This document shows positions 11,697 through 22,766 of a DNA stretch of 64,000 nucleotides, piece by piece. Position 1 is the stretch's first letter; each line of letters starts with the position of its first letter. The stretch lies in assembly GCF_006345805.1 (NCBI RefSeq), contig NC_043010.1:7130001-7194000 (forward strand), read 5' to 3'. Source of the DNA: Octopus sinensis (lineage: Eukaryota). The notes beneath the pieces were generated by a model. That model ran no database searches. It was given only the letters and a program-made list of their open reading frames with translations, and had not been told where the DNA came from. The position numbers were made by a program, and so were the translations under genes.

Positions 11697-11942
11697 TATA
11701 CGAAAGAGAAGTTTTGAAAATGCAAATTTAAAAGAGTTTATTTACTTCACCGGTTTCACTCTTTGAAAAAGATTGTCAAAAGTAACATGTAGAAGTTTGG
11801 TTGCATTAATTATTGGTTGTTCAACCAAATTAATGCAACTAAACTTCTACATGTTACTTTTGACAAACTTTTTCCAAAGAGTGAAACCGGTGAAGTAAAT
11901 AAACATCTTTTAAATTTGCATTTTCAACCTTCTTTCGTATAT
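11697..11942. mobile_element. Near-perfect ~245-bp palindrome between (TA)n tracts, with an HHR-like fold in both arms
   Basis: tacgaaagagaagttttgaaaatgcaaattt...gttgcattaatt is mirrored by aattaatgcaac...aaatttgcattttcaaccttctttcgta. Confidence 0.85.
11855..11897 (+). ncRNA. HHR-like motif (U3-A8 core; G at the cleavage position)
   Basis: UACUU-UUGACAA-ACUUUUU(CC)AAAGAGU-GAAAC-CG-GUG-AAGUA; 5-bp stem I; mirrored on the minus strand in the left arm. Confidence 0.5.
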
Positions 11943-11959
11943 ATATATTTATATATAAA

Positions 11960-12440
11960 TTAATAATAAATATTAGGGAATAAATCCAAACTTACAGGGA
12001 AAAATCAGATTTAGGATTGAATCCAATTTTATAGTAAAATATTATATTATATTAAATTAGAGACAAACCACTATTAGGCAAATCATACAATGAAAAACTG
12101 AATCCAATACATAAGATTATTTAATTTATATTATTTAAATATATAACAAAATTATTAAAATATATAATTAATATATCACTACGATCGTTTCATGGCTGTT
12201 AATTTCTTTAAATTACAGTCATTCAATATTTATCTTGGCGAGGTTTAAATATTTAAACCACCTGATGAATGACTGTAACTCGAAAATTTAAAGAAATTAG
12301 CAGCCATGAAACAATCGTAGTGATATATTAATTATATTTTTTTAATAATTTTGTTATATATTTAAATAATATAAATTATGCGTTGGCTTAAGTTTTTCAT
12401 TGTATGATTTGCCTAATAGTGTTTTGTCTCTAATTTAATA
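11960..12440. mobile_element. Palindromic Penelope-like non-autonomous element carrying an HHR
   Basis: Arms ~12045-12215 and ~12265-12435 (attagagacaaaccactattaggcaaatcatacaatgaaaaact / agtttttcattgtatgatttgcctaatagtgttttgtctctaat); homologues at 3960 and 41720. Confidence 0.8.
12259..12322 (+). ncRNA. Type I hammerhead ribozyme with canonical core
   Basis: CAC-CUGAUGA-AUGACUGU...GCAGCCAU-GAAAC-AAUC-GUA^-GUG; stem I CAC/GUG, 7 of 8 bp in stem II; the mirror arm has the palindromic loop GAUC. Confidence 0.65.
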
Positions 12441-12566
12441 TAATATATATATATATATATACCGTAATAATGAAGGGTGAAATTAATTATTTGGAATAAT
12501 TATCAATTACACCAAGTAGTCTTCGGCATGTAAACCTCATTCGAGGAAAATTTAAGTAATACTAAG

Positions 12567-12795
12567 CAATAAAGGGTTTACAACGAATTGCCTTACCACT
12601 ACCGAATTTAGAAATGCAGTCAAAGAGTTTAGCTCTTTCTTCTACTAAAAAGGAGATCTCAGTAAAAACAGCAATTGGCTGTTTTTACTGAGATCTCCCT
12701 TTTTAGTAGAAAAATAGCTATAACTCTTTGACTGCTATTTCTAAATTCGGTATGTGGTAAGGCATTCGTTGCTAAACCCTTTATTGCTTAGTATA
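12567..12795. repeat. ~230-bp palindrome (third of a cluster)
   Basis: tactaagcaataaagggttt...ggagatctcagtaaaaacagc-aattg-gctgtttttactgagatctcc...aaaccctttattgcttagta. Confidence 0.85.
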
Positions 12796-13003
12796 TATAT
12801 ATATATATATATAAATCTTGTCTGCATATTACATTAGGAATATTTACAGGGTCACTCCAATTGCTAAAATTGCAGTTAAATCTTACTCAATTCACACACA
12901 ATTCACTTAAAATAGAAAGAACATCAGCATGATCCTAGATATAATGTACCTGTAAAAAATAAAAAATTCAGATAGGATGGACACAGCTGTGAGGATTTTC
13001 AGA

Positions 13004-13036
13004 TCAGAGGTCTCCTTGAGCAAAGTTAACCTGTGC
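13004..13036 (-). CDS. Candidate terminal exon start (AQVNFAQGDL*)
   Basis: Strong minus-strand acceptor ctgttgttctttttcag; a second strong acceptor (ttttttattttttacag) lies at 12950. Frame and product uncertain. Confidence 0.25.
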   Translation of the reverse strand, partial: AQVNFAQGDL

Positions 13037-13487
13037 CTGAAAAAGAACAACAGGAGTATATATACATAGATGGGTAAGTGTATGTGTGCATGTGTGTTTG
13101 TGTGTGCATGTATGTGTGTATGTGCAAGTGTATGCATGTGTGTGTGTGTGTACTTTGCATGGTAACATGTGTAAACATGAGCAATGTGAAATGGAGAATT
13201 TAATATTTACTATCAAAAGTATGTAACTGGCATTTCCTGCCCTTGTTAGCTATATGTTTACATATGTATATACACCCTTAGCTGTATATATATATATAAT
13301 ACAAAATACACATATCCATAGTCACAACATAGTCACACACATACACAAACATACACACACACATGCAAATAGAGTGCTAGTTAGCTAGCAAGATAGATAG
13401 ATATGTATAAAAGCATGCATCATGTTTGTTAAATGATGATGAGGATGATGATGATGGAGTATATACATATGTATATGTATATGTGTG

Positions 13488-13519
<32 letters not shown>

Positions 13520-13520
13520 C

Positions 13521-13728
13521 GAAGGAGAGGGGCTTTCTCTGTCCGGGTTGCGGATCCGTGGAATAAGCTGCCAGACGATATAGTGAAGATGCCGACGACC
13601 ACCACTCGTCAAAGTCTCCCTTGACCAGAAATGGCCTGAACTCTTTGCATGACCACCACCCTGTACATAACTCCATGTCCCCTACAGGCCTTGCTTTTTG
13701 CTTTTTGAGCAAAAAATAACTTAACTTA
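13521..13728 (+). mobile_element. CR1-clade LINE extreme 3' fragment
   Basis: RRGAFSVRVADPWNKLPDDIV matches the FSxRVxxxWNxLP C-terminal motif of CR1/L2-type ORF2. Confidence 0.75.
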
Positions 13729-13773
13729 TATATATTGTATATATATATATGAATTGGTGTATGTGTGTGTATG

Positions 13774-13809
<36 letters not shown>

Positions 13810-13812
<3 letters not shown>

Positions 13813-13975
13813 TTGAAATTTATAGAAAAACAAAAGACAACAGGTGTATGAACAACAAACAAATGTATTAGTTTGACGCTTGGGAAAAATAGAAAAGTCT
13901 TTTATGTTTCAAGCCTATGCTCTTCAACAGAAAGGAATAAGAGAAAATAAATAGAGAGAGAAGGAAAAAAAATCG
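13810..13975 (-). mobile_element. Penelope pLTR-like relic with HHR-like motif at 13899-13934
   Basis: Minus strand CUUU-CUGUUGA-A-GAGC(AUAG)GCUU-GAAAC-AUA-AAAG; related to 62565-62780 and ~11210-11290. Confidence 0.55.
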
Positions 13976-13993
13976 TAGATTTCAGTAGTCCAG

Positions 13994-14104
13994 CATGGTG
14001 GAGCCTGGTGCAGCCATCTGGTTTGCCAGTTCTCAGTCAAATCGTCCAACCCATGCTAGCATGGAAAGCGGACGTTAAACGATGATTGATGATGATGATG
14101 ATGA
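13994..14104 (+). mobile_element. RTE 3' tail fragment
   Basis: ggagcctggtgcagcc...catgctagcatggaaagcggacgttaaacgatgat(gat)n. Confidence 0.8.
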
Positions 14105-14422
14105 TATATATATATATAAAGAGGTTTGTATGATTGTGTATAGAGGGATATATATTATTCAAAGGAATTTCAACTCTGTCTGTTTTTTTATGTTATATTT
14201 ATATTCTTTATAATATTAATGTAAAATATAGAATATATAGTATAAATAGTATATATAGTAAAATGAAATGAATTATTGATTGTCTTATTGAATGGATGAA
14301 ATATTGGATATCAAATATTAAAGGACTAGTATACTTTCTTGCATTTAAGCAGTCTTCAAGGTCCCAGGTTGTGACAGGAATGTTTCAACTGTCTATATAT
14401 ATATATATATATATATAATATA

Positions 14423-14464
<42 letters not shown>

Positions 14465-15045
14465 AAGAGATACGTGCTGCTTGCATACAACATACATACA
14501 TCATATATAATGCATGCATACATGCTGATACATACTACACTACATACATACATACATACATACATACATACATACATACATACATACATACGTACATACA
14601 TACGTACATACATACACACATAAATACATATATATACACACATACACATATACATACACACATAATTTTTATTCAAATAGTCCAGAAGTGAAATCCCAAA
14701 ATATCATATAATTGTTGTTTGTGAATCCAGTGTTTGAGTGGGGGAGAAGCCAGTGTAGCAGGGAAAGGACATTCCAAACCTAAGGGACATTGAAAGCCAT
14801 AGTCAGGATTCTAATAATAAATGTATATTGGCAGTGTTTCTTTTGTGTGTTTGGCATTTATTTTGGGGATCATTCTAGCTAGATACGTATGTGTGTTCGT
14901 ATGTGTGTGTGTGTGTGTCCGTCCATGTATATATAATATATACACACATATGTATATATATGTATGTATATATACATATATATATATACACACATACACA
15001 CACACACACATATATACATATATATACACATATATATACACATTT

Positions 15046-15276
15046 GGCGGCGAGCTGGCAGAAACGTTAGCACGCCGGGCGAAATGCGTAGCCGTATTTC
15101 GTCTGTCGTTACAATCCGAGTTCAAATTCCGCCGAGGTCGACTTTGCCTTTCATCCTTTCGGGGTCGATAAATTAAGTACCAGTTACGGACTGGGGTCGA
15201 TGTAATCGACTTAATCCCTTTGTCTGTCCTTGTTTGTCCCCTCTGTGTTTAGCCCCTTGTGGGTAGTAAAGAAATA
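15046..15276 (+). mobile_element. tRNA-derived SINE family B (~230 bp)
   Basis: ggcggcgagctggcagaaacg head, gagttcaaattcc B-box, central gtcgactttgcctttcatcctttcggggtcgataaattaagtacc. Confidence 0.9.
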
Positions 15277-15546
15277 TATATATACACATACACATAAATA
15301 TATATTACAAATCTTGCAACACAAACACACACACACATTTATGTGTGTGTGTGTGTGTGTGTGCATGTGAGAGAGAAAGAGAGAGAGAGCATACATATAT
15401 AAACATGTACATATGTCATTATATAGAAGGTAATATTCTCAACAAAGTAAAAGAGAACTCAATACCTTTGTGAAAGTAAATATGTAAAAACATATTAGTG
15501 AAAAATATAGATGTACATAAACAATATATTCACTGTGCCTGTTTGT

Positions 15547-15581
<35 letters not shown>

Positions 15582-15752
15582 TATAGAAGCATACACGCAT
15601 ACATGTAGATGTCATAATTATGTGAGGTTTGAATATAGTTGAAAATTCTGGAAATATTATTTGCAGAGTAATTAATATATCAAAACAGGAGATTTGAAAT
15701 ATTTTTTGGTATTATTTTTTCACCATAACACATTTTCTATTTGCTAAAAGGA

Positions 15753-15910
15753 GGAGTTACAAAATTGTATATTTAGGATAAATAGTTAAGATATCTCCTA
15801 CTAGAAAGTCTTCAAAAAGAGAGTCAAATATCATTATTGATTCTCTGTCTGAAGAATTTCTAATTGGAGATATCCATGTTTTTAGCCTACAGGTAAAATT
15901 TTGTAACACC
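15753..15910. repeat. Old imperfect long hairpin (~70-bp arms, ~9-nt loop)
   Basis: gttacaaaatt/aattttgtaac, gatatctcc/ggagatatc, tcttca/tgaaga and agagagtcaa/ttgattctct are nested symmetrically. Confidence 0.7.
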
Positions 15911-15950
15911 TTTGGGCAAATGTAATATGTGTAGTGTTGAATAAATAATA

Positions 15951-15994
<44 letters not shown>

Positions 15995-16029
15995 TAGTTA
16001 CACACAACACACACACCACATAATATATA

Positions 16030-16345
16030 ATATCACGTGATCATGATCACTTGACTGACTAGGCCATCAGATGTTACTACACATTGCTGGTCACAATGGC
16101 TTCGCATTGTTTTAGCCTTCAAATGATGCCACACCGCTGGCTAAGCAAGTAGGCCAAAAGAAGAAAGTGTGGATAGAAAGTTGTGGCGAAAGATACAGCA
16201 GAGATCCCCCCCGCCCCACTGCCAGAGGTTCGTGGAGATTTAGATGTTTTCTCTCAATAAACACTCACAACGCCCAGTCTGGGATCGAAACCGTATCCTT
16301 ACGACTGCAAGTCCACTGCCCTAACCACTGGGCCATTGCATCTCA
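16030..16345 (-). mobile_element. tRNA-derived SINE family D
   Basis: Minus-strand head tggcccagtggttagggcagtggact...ggtttcgatccc (A/B boxes); 3' part matches 63900-64000. Confidence 0.8.
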
Positions 16346-16375
16346 ATATATATATATTATATATATATATATATA

Positions 16376-16423
<48 letters not shown>

Positions 16424-16759
16424 ATTATATATATATATATACATATATTATATATATATCTATATATAATATATATATGTATATATGTATAAATATATAT
16501 ATATATATATATATAGATATATATAATATATATATATATATACATACCTATGTATGGTATATATATATTATTACATAGTATGTATGTATATATCTATATT
16601 ACGTATATAACACTATTATATATAGGCATGTATATATATTATATATATATATATATGCTAATACCAGTCATTAGTATATTTAATGCATACTCATAGTGGA
16701 TGCAAGAAAAATTGATTTAAAATTTTATTTCATTTAACACGTCTTTGTCTTTGTCTTTA

Positions 16760-17345
16760 GAACTTAGTTCAGTGTCTCTCATTGTGAACTGCTTTCAAAA
16801 TCGGTCATCTGTTTTATCAGCTTGCATTGCATCTTGTAGAACTATGGAAGTTTGAATAACTCTTCTGTTTTTGCTGTCCATTTGTAATAGACAAGCAATA
16901 AGCTCTGACATCTCAGCTGCAATTCATGATATTTTTTCGTTGTAAGTTAAATTCTGTCTTGTTACAATACAGTTATTTCTTTTAAATATTTCTTTAACTT
17001 ACTTCATATTTTTGTTAATTCTTTTGATACAGATCTACCTGTGGCTACTCATGTTCTTTGATAGAAAAATCTCCATTTCAAAATGATCATATTTAAATTA
17101 CAAACCTCCCTTGATAATTTTATGTCAAATTTTCAAATGTAGTATACCCATAAATGAAATTATTTGGTATTTTCCTAAATCCAAGCAAAATTCTTGATTA
17201 TTTTCACAATTATCTGAAACACAGCTCAATTATTTGAAATTTTATCTCAAAAGGGTATATTTGATATCTGTTTGTTCCCTCTTTTACCTACATCCCACTA
17301 TCAATCACAAGCTAGTTCACATATACCAAGCTTTCACTAATTGTA
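16760..17345 (-). pseudogene. Highly decayed, internally deleted Tigger/pogo-like transposase relic
   Basis: Frameshifted minus-strand peptides resemble the CENP-B-type N-terminus (..FEIKFQIIEL..) and a Tigger-like C-terminus (LIACLLQMDSKNRRVIQTSIVLQDAM). No TIRs identified. Confidence 0.3.
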
Positions 17346-18142
17346 TGCAGTGCCTATGTATTCATTAGCAGACATTGACACCCTCTTCGTTCACACACCC
17401 TTGACTCAGAGAAACATTAGGGGTAAGCAGCTGGAAGGAGAAAGGACTGCACTAGCAACCAGCAGGAATTAACTCACTGCTAAGTTGAGTGGAGCAATGT
17501 GAAATGAAGTTCATTACTTAAGGAGACAATGCAATTTTCTAGTACAGGAATTGAACTCACCACCTTATGATCTCAAACTAACTGGTTAGCATTAGCAGCG
17601 AATAAAATTAAATCTACTTATAATTTTTTGTTGCTGCTGCATCCCAGATTCAGTCTAATTGAGTATGATATGATTTGAGGGTGAATCAGTAGCTATTTCT
17701 AGCAAGTAACATGACCATATAAATGCCCTCTCATTGGCCCATCTGCTTCTGATACAAAAATAGAGTTATCTGTAGATCTCATGTACTTCTTTGTATACAC
17801 TGTTTCTTGCTCTACAAGAAAATATTTTCCTTCATCAATGGTGGTGCGTGCCCCAGCATGGCCGCGGCCTTCGGGCTAAAACACTTTTAAGGATTTTAAG
17901 GATTTAACCCTGAAGACTCTCTATATCCATATTGGATTTTACATGGAAAACTTCAAGGACCATCAGATATATATCTTTTTATCCTTTTGGGATCAATAAA
18001 AATGTATGGATATATATATATATATAGTGATTGATAGATTGATAAATATAGATGTATATACTTATATATACACAAGCAGATATGCATATGTGTATGTGTG
18101 TGTGTGTGTGTGTCTGTGTGTCTGTCTATCTATCTTATTTCT

Positions 18143-18368
18143 TATTTCTTTATTGCCCACAAGGGGCTAAACATAGAGGGGACAAACAAGGACAGACAAA
18201 AGGGATTAAGTCGATTACATCGACCCCAGTGCATAACTGTTACTTAGTTTATCGACTCCGAAAGGATGAAAGGCAAAGTTGACCTCAGCAGAATTTGAAC
18301 TCAGAATGTAACGGCAGAAGAAATACCACTAAGCATTTCACCTGGCATGCTAACGTTTCCGCCAGCTC
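18143..18368 (-). mobile_element. SINE family B
   Basis: Reverse complement of 15046-15276. Confidence 0.9.
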
Positions 18369-18413
18369 TATGTATCTATCTATATTATACATATATATAT
18401 ATATATAATATAT

Positions 18414-18475
<62 letters not shown>

Positions 18476-18537
18476 ATAATACATAATATATATATATATA
18501 TATATATTATATATTATTATATATATATATATATATA

Positions 18538-18582
<45 letters not shown>

Positions 18583-19109
18583 TAATAAATATATATAAAC
18601 ACACACACAAAATTTGACATACATAGACAGATAGATACATACATATATATATATTATATATACACACAAGCAAAATATATATGCATACAAATATGCACAC
18701 ACACACACACACACACGCACACACATACCCACACATACATATGTATCTTAAAGACATACGCACATACAGAGGGAGATTGGAAAACAGAGAAAGAGAATGA
18801 CAGCAGAGATTTGAGATGGTTGATTGCATGAGCTCATAGTTCACGTGTTTCAAGTATTTTGTTGTGTTTATTGTGAGAACACATCATTCTACACTGCTTC
18901 ATTTCAACTATGTTCTGGAGTCACACTTGGAAATGTGAGCTGAAGTAGGTTGGAATTTCTATTGTAGGGGAGATTCCTGCTCTGTAACTGACACAAAACA
19001 TTTTGGGATATATTCGCACATATACTCTCGCATACTCATCTTTTGTATGTGGTCTTACATGGAAAAACCTGTACTGAATGCATTGTGCTGAGTGAATATT
19101 CTTATATTC

Positions 19110-19528
19110 TCTCTTTTACTCTTTTTACTCTTTTACTAGTTTCAGTCATTTGATTGCGGCCATGCTGGAGCACCGCCTTTAGTTGAGCAAATCGACCCCG
19201 GAACTCATTCTTTGTAAGCCCAGTACTTATTCTATCGGTCTCTTTTGCCGAACCGCTAAGTGATGGGGATGTAAACACACCAGCATCGGTTGTCAAGCAA
19301 TGCTAGAGGGACAAACACAGACACACAAACATATACATACACATACATATATATATACATATATACGACAGGCTTCTTTCAGTTTCCGTCTACCAAATCC
19401 ACTCACAAGGCATTGGTCGGCCCGGGGCTATAGCAGAAGACACTTGCCCAAGATGCCACACAGTGGGACTGAACCTAGAACCATGTGGCTGGTTAGCAAG
19501 CTACTTACCACACAGCCACTCCTGCGCC
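19110..19528 (-). mobile_element. Young SINE A, full length
   Basis: Reverse complement of 9064-9484. Confidence 0.9.
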
Positions 19529-19994
19529 TATATTCCTGCATCTATATTCTTATATAGATTTACATGATTTAGTCATTGGATTGCGGCCATGCTGGAGCAC
19601 TATCTTGAAAAATTTTAGCAGATGAATTCATACTGCAAGTCTAGGCTTTTTTTTATTATATTGGTCACTTTTTGCCAATTTAGACAATGATAGCGATGTA
19701 AACAAATTAACATAAACTACCAAGGGTTGAGAGATCAATGCAAATTCAAAGAACCTTAGTTTGCACATGCATACATACACACTCAAACACACACACACAC
19801 TTACACACACACGCATGCACATACACATACACTTATGCATAAGGAGCTTATAAGCAGTTTCTGTTTGCCAAATTCACTCATAAGAGAGTAGCCTGTCTTG
19901 AACTGTAGTAGATGACACATGCTCAAGATGTCTTCTACTCTGAGCACAATGTGACTGTGGACCACATGGATGCAAAGCAAGTATTTTAACTACA

Positions 19995-20645
19995 CAGTTA
20001 TTTTTATATCTAATCTTAATATATATTTTTACTAATTTTATCATATATTTTTATTAATTTTATTTATTTTTACTAATTTTGCTTTATATTTTTACTAATT
20101 TTACTATATATTCTTAATATATTTTTTACTAAATTTACAATATATTTTTTACTAAATTTACAATATATTTTTACCAATTTTACTATATACTTTTACTAAT
20201 TTTATCATATACTTTTACTAATTTCACTATATATTTTAATATATAAAGTGGTAAGCTGGCAGAAACGTTAATACGCCAGGGGAAATGCTTAGCGGTATTT
20301 CGTCTGTCTTTACGTTCTGAGTTCAAATTCCACCAAGGTCGACTTTGCCTTTCACCCTTTCAGGGTCGATAAATACCAGTACCAGTACCAGTTACATACT
20401 GGGGTCAATCTAACCAACTGGCCCACTCCCGAAAAATTTCAGGCCTTGTGCTTAGAGTAGAAAATTATATATTTTACTATATATGTTGCTATATATTTTT
20501 ACTAATTTTGCTAAATATTCTTAATATATATTACTAAATTTACAATATATTATTACTAATTTTGCAACGTATTTTACTATATATATGTTACTAAATATTT
20601 TTACTAATTTTACTATTTCACTAATTTTACTATTTATTTATTACT
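19995..20645. repeat. AT-rich minisatellite (~21-bp unit, tatattttactaattttac-like), interrupted by a SINE
   Basis: Many imperfect copies on both sides of the SINE at 20248-20466. Confidence 0.75.
20248..20466 (+). mobile_element. SINE family B variant (B2 tail aaaatttcaggccttgtgc)
   Basis: Same head and centre as family B, different 3' tail. Confidence 0.85.
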
Positions 20646-20881
20646 AGGTGAAATTGGGGTCGATTCGCTCGACTAAAGGCGGTGCTCCAGCATGGCCACA
20701 GTCAAATGACTGAAACAAATAAAAGAGCAAAAGAGAGTGTACATATATATATATACTATATGAGCAATAGTGGAATTTGATGCAGTCTTCTGTCTTGCCA
20801 GCTCTTTTTGAACTATCCAACTCATGCCAACTGACATTAAATGATGATGATGATGGATGAGACTTATTTCTAGTCATATAA

Positions 20882-21099
20882 TACTTTCTGCTATAGGCAC
20901 AAGGCCTGAAATTTTGGGGGAGATGGGAGCCAGCCAATGAGATCGACTCCAAGAATGCAGCTGGTACTTAATTTATCAACCCTGAAAGGATGAAGGGTAA
21001 AGTTGACACCAGTGGAATTCAAACTCAGAATGTAAAGACAGATAAAATACTGATAAGTATTTTGCCCGGTGTACTAATGATTCCGACAACTTGTTGCCT
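20882..21099 (-). mobile_element. SINE B2
   Basis: ggcacaaggcctgaaatt...ggtacttaatttatcaaccctgaaaggatgaa...aaactcagaatgtaaagac. Confidence 0.75.
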
Positions 21100-21204
21100 T
21101 GTTTTCTAGTCATATGATGAAATCAAAAATGAGTTGAAAACTGCTTTGCATGCTGACATTAATTGTTATTCACTATAACCAAGACTAATGTTTTAATTAG
21201 TATA

Positions 21205-21617
21205 TGAACATCTCGCTGTGCTTGAGGAGACCTGTTGAGTCAAGTGCATGTACATGAACATCGAAACAAATATCAATGGAAATAGTAGTTGTGATACCTG
21301 TGCCTGTGGCACATAAAAAGCACCATCCGAACGTGGCCGATGCCAGCGCCGCCTTGGCTGGCTTCCATGCCGGTGACACATTAAAAGCACCAACCGATTG
21401 TGGCTGATGCCAGACTCCCCTGGCACCTGTCAGACTCCCCTGGCATGTAAAAAGCACACACTACACTCGCGGAGTGGTTGGCGTTAGGAAGGGCATCCAG
21501 CTGTAGAAACACTGCCAGATCAGACTGGAGCCTGATGCAGCCTTCTGGCTTCACAGACCCCAGTTGAACCGTCCAACCCATGCTAGCATGGAAAGCGGAC
21601 ACTAAATGATGATGATG
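21205..21617 (+). mobile_element. RTE LINE 3' UTR fragment with (GAT)n tail
   Basis: Matches the 3' UTRs of the long RTE copies at 38420 and 62810. Confidence 0.85.
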
Positions 21618-21689
21618 AACATAAAAAGAAAATATATAAAAAATTAGAAATGTAACAATATATCGGTGTCAATATCAAATGTGTTGCAA

Positions 21690-22135
21690 AGTGACAAGCT
21701 GTCAAAATTGTTAGAATGCTGGACAAAATGCTGAGTGATATTTCATTGGTCTTTACATTCTGAGTTCAAATTCAGCCGAGGTTGACTTCCCCTTTCATCC
21801 CTTAGAGGTTGATAAAATAAGTACCAGTTGAGCACTAGGGTCAATGTAATCAGCTTATCCCACCACCAAAATTACTGGCCTTGTGCCGAAATATGGAATC
21901 AAGATTAAATATAAGGCAATGTATCGAGCTGGCAGAATCATTAGCATGCTAGACAGAATGCTGAGTGACATTTTGTCCGTTTTTACATTCTGAGTTGAAA
22001 TTCCACCGAGGTTTACTTCACCCATCATCCTTTTGGGGTCAATAAAATAAGTACCAGTTGAGCACTGGGTCGATGTAATTGTCTTTCCTCTCCCTCAAAA
22101 TTGCTGGTCTTGTGCCAAAATTTGAAACTAATATT
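21690..22135 (+). mobile_element. Two tandem old SINE B2 copies
   Basis: Twice: cattctgagtt.aaatt..ccgagg...cctttcatcc...gataaaataagtaccagttgagcact...ggccttgtgcc.aaat. Confidence 0.75.
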
Positions 22136-22550
22136 TAAGATGTTGTAGTGTAGGTAAATATGTGATAAATTACTATGGAATCAAAGTTGTAGGAATACTA
22201 GATTCATGGACAGATGTTTCCTACATGACCAGTTTTAAAATGAAGTGATTTCTAGTAATAATAATTAAGTTCTGCTCTGTAGGAGACATTCTTGACATTA
22301 GATGCAAAGCAAGTGATACACAATAAGAAATATTAAAGTGTCTGCAAAGTCTCAAAAATCTCTGCCTTTGTTAGAAAGGTAAAGGATTTACCAATATTTA
22401 AGACAGACTGCATTGAAAATATGAACAAAAAAAAAAAAAATTCAGTAAGGTATATTACTTCCCTTGCCTTAATCATCCTAACAGAGAACAACTTTCACTT
22501 TCAGTTTCCTGTATTGGTCAAATGGTGATAGTGTTACTCATTTCAGAACT

Positions 22551-22766
22551 CTGTAGCATAGCTAAGATAAAGCCGGGGGGGGGGGGAGTCGGGGTAGATA
22601 CAAGAAATGAAGGAGGCAAGGGATGGGGTTGAGGGAGGTAGTCTGCCCTGCTCAACCCTTTTCCTAGGTAGCACTTTGGGGGTCTGCTGCGTATATATTT
22701 CCCTGTGGGAAGTGGAAAATACTAGATGGCTGCCCCCAGGTGGCACACACTCTTGCTACTCCACTC
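22551..22766. mobile_element. hAT-like MITE
   Basis: Perfect 8-bp TSD tcagaact (22543-22550, 22767-22774); imperfect TIR; related to 6155-6333. Confidence 0.7.

Noticed and set aside
12505-12560. Minus-strand ..CGAAUGA-GGU(UUACAU)GCC-GAAGAC.. resembling an HHR
   Set aside because: Core is misaligned, there is no stem I pairing and the cleavage triplet is GUG; at best a remote relic.
16270-16345. tRNA-like sequences (also 44221, 44385 and the SINE A/B heads)
   Set aside because: A/B boxes run into SINE bodies and the cloverleafs are incomplete; these are SINE heads, not tRNA genes.
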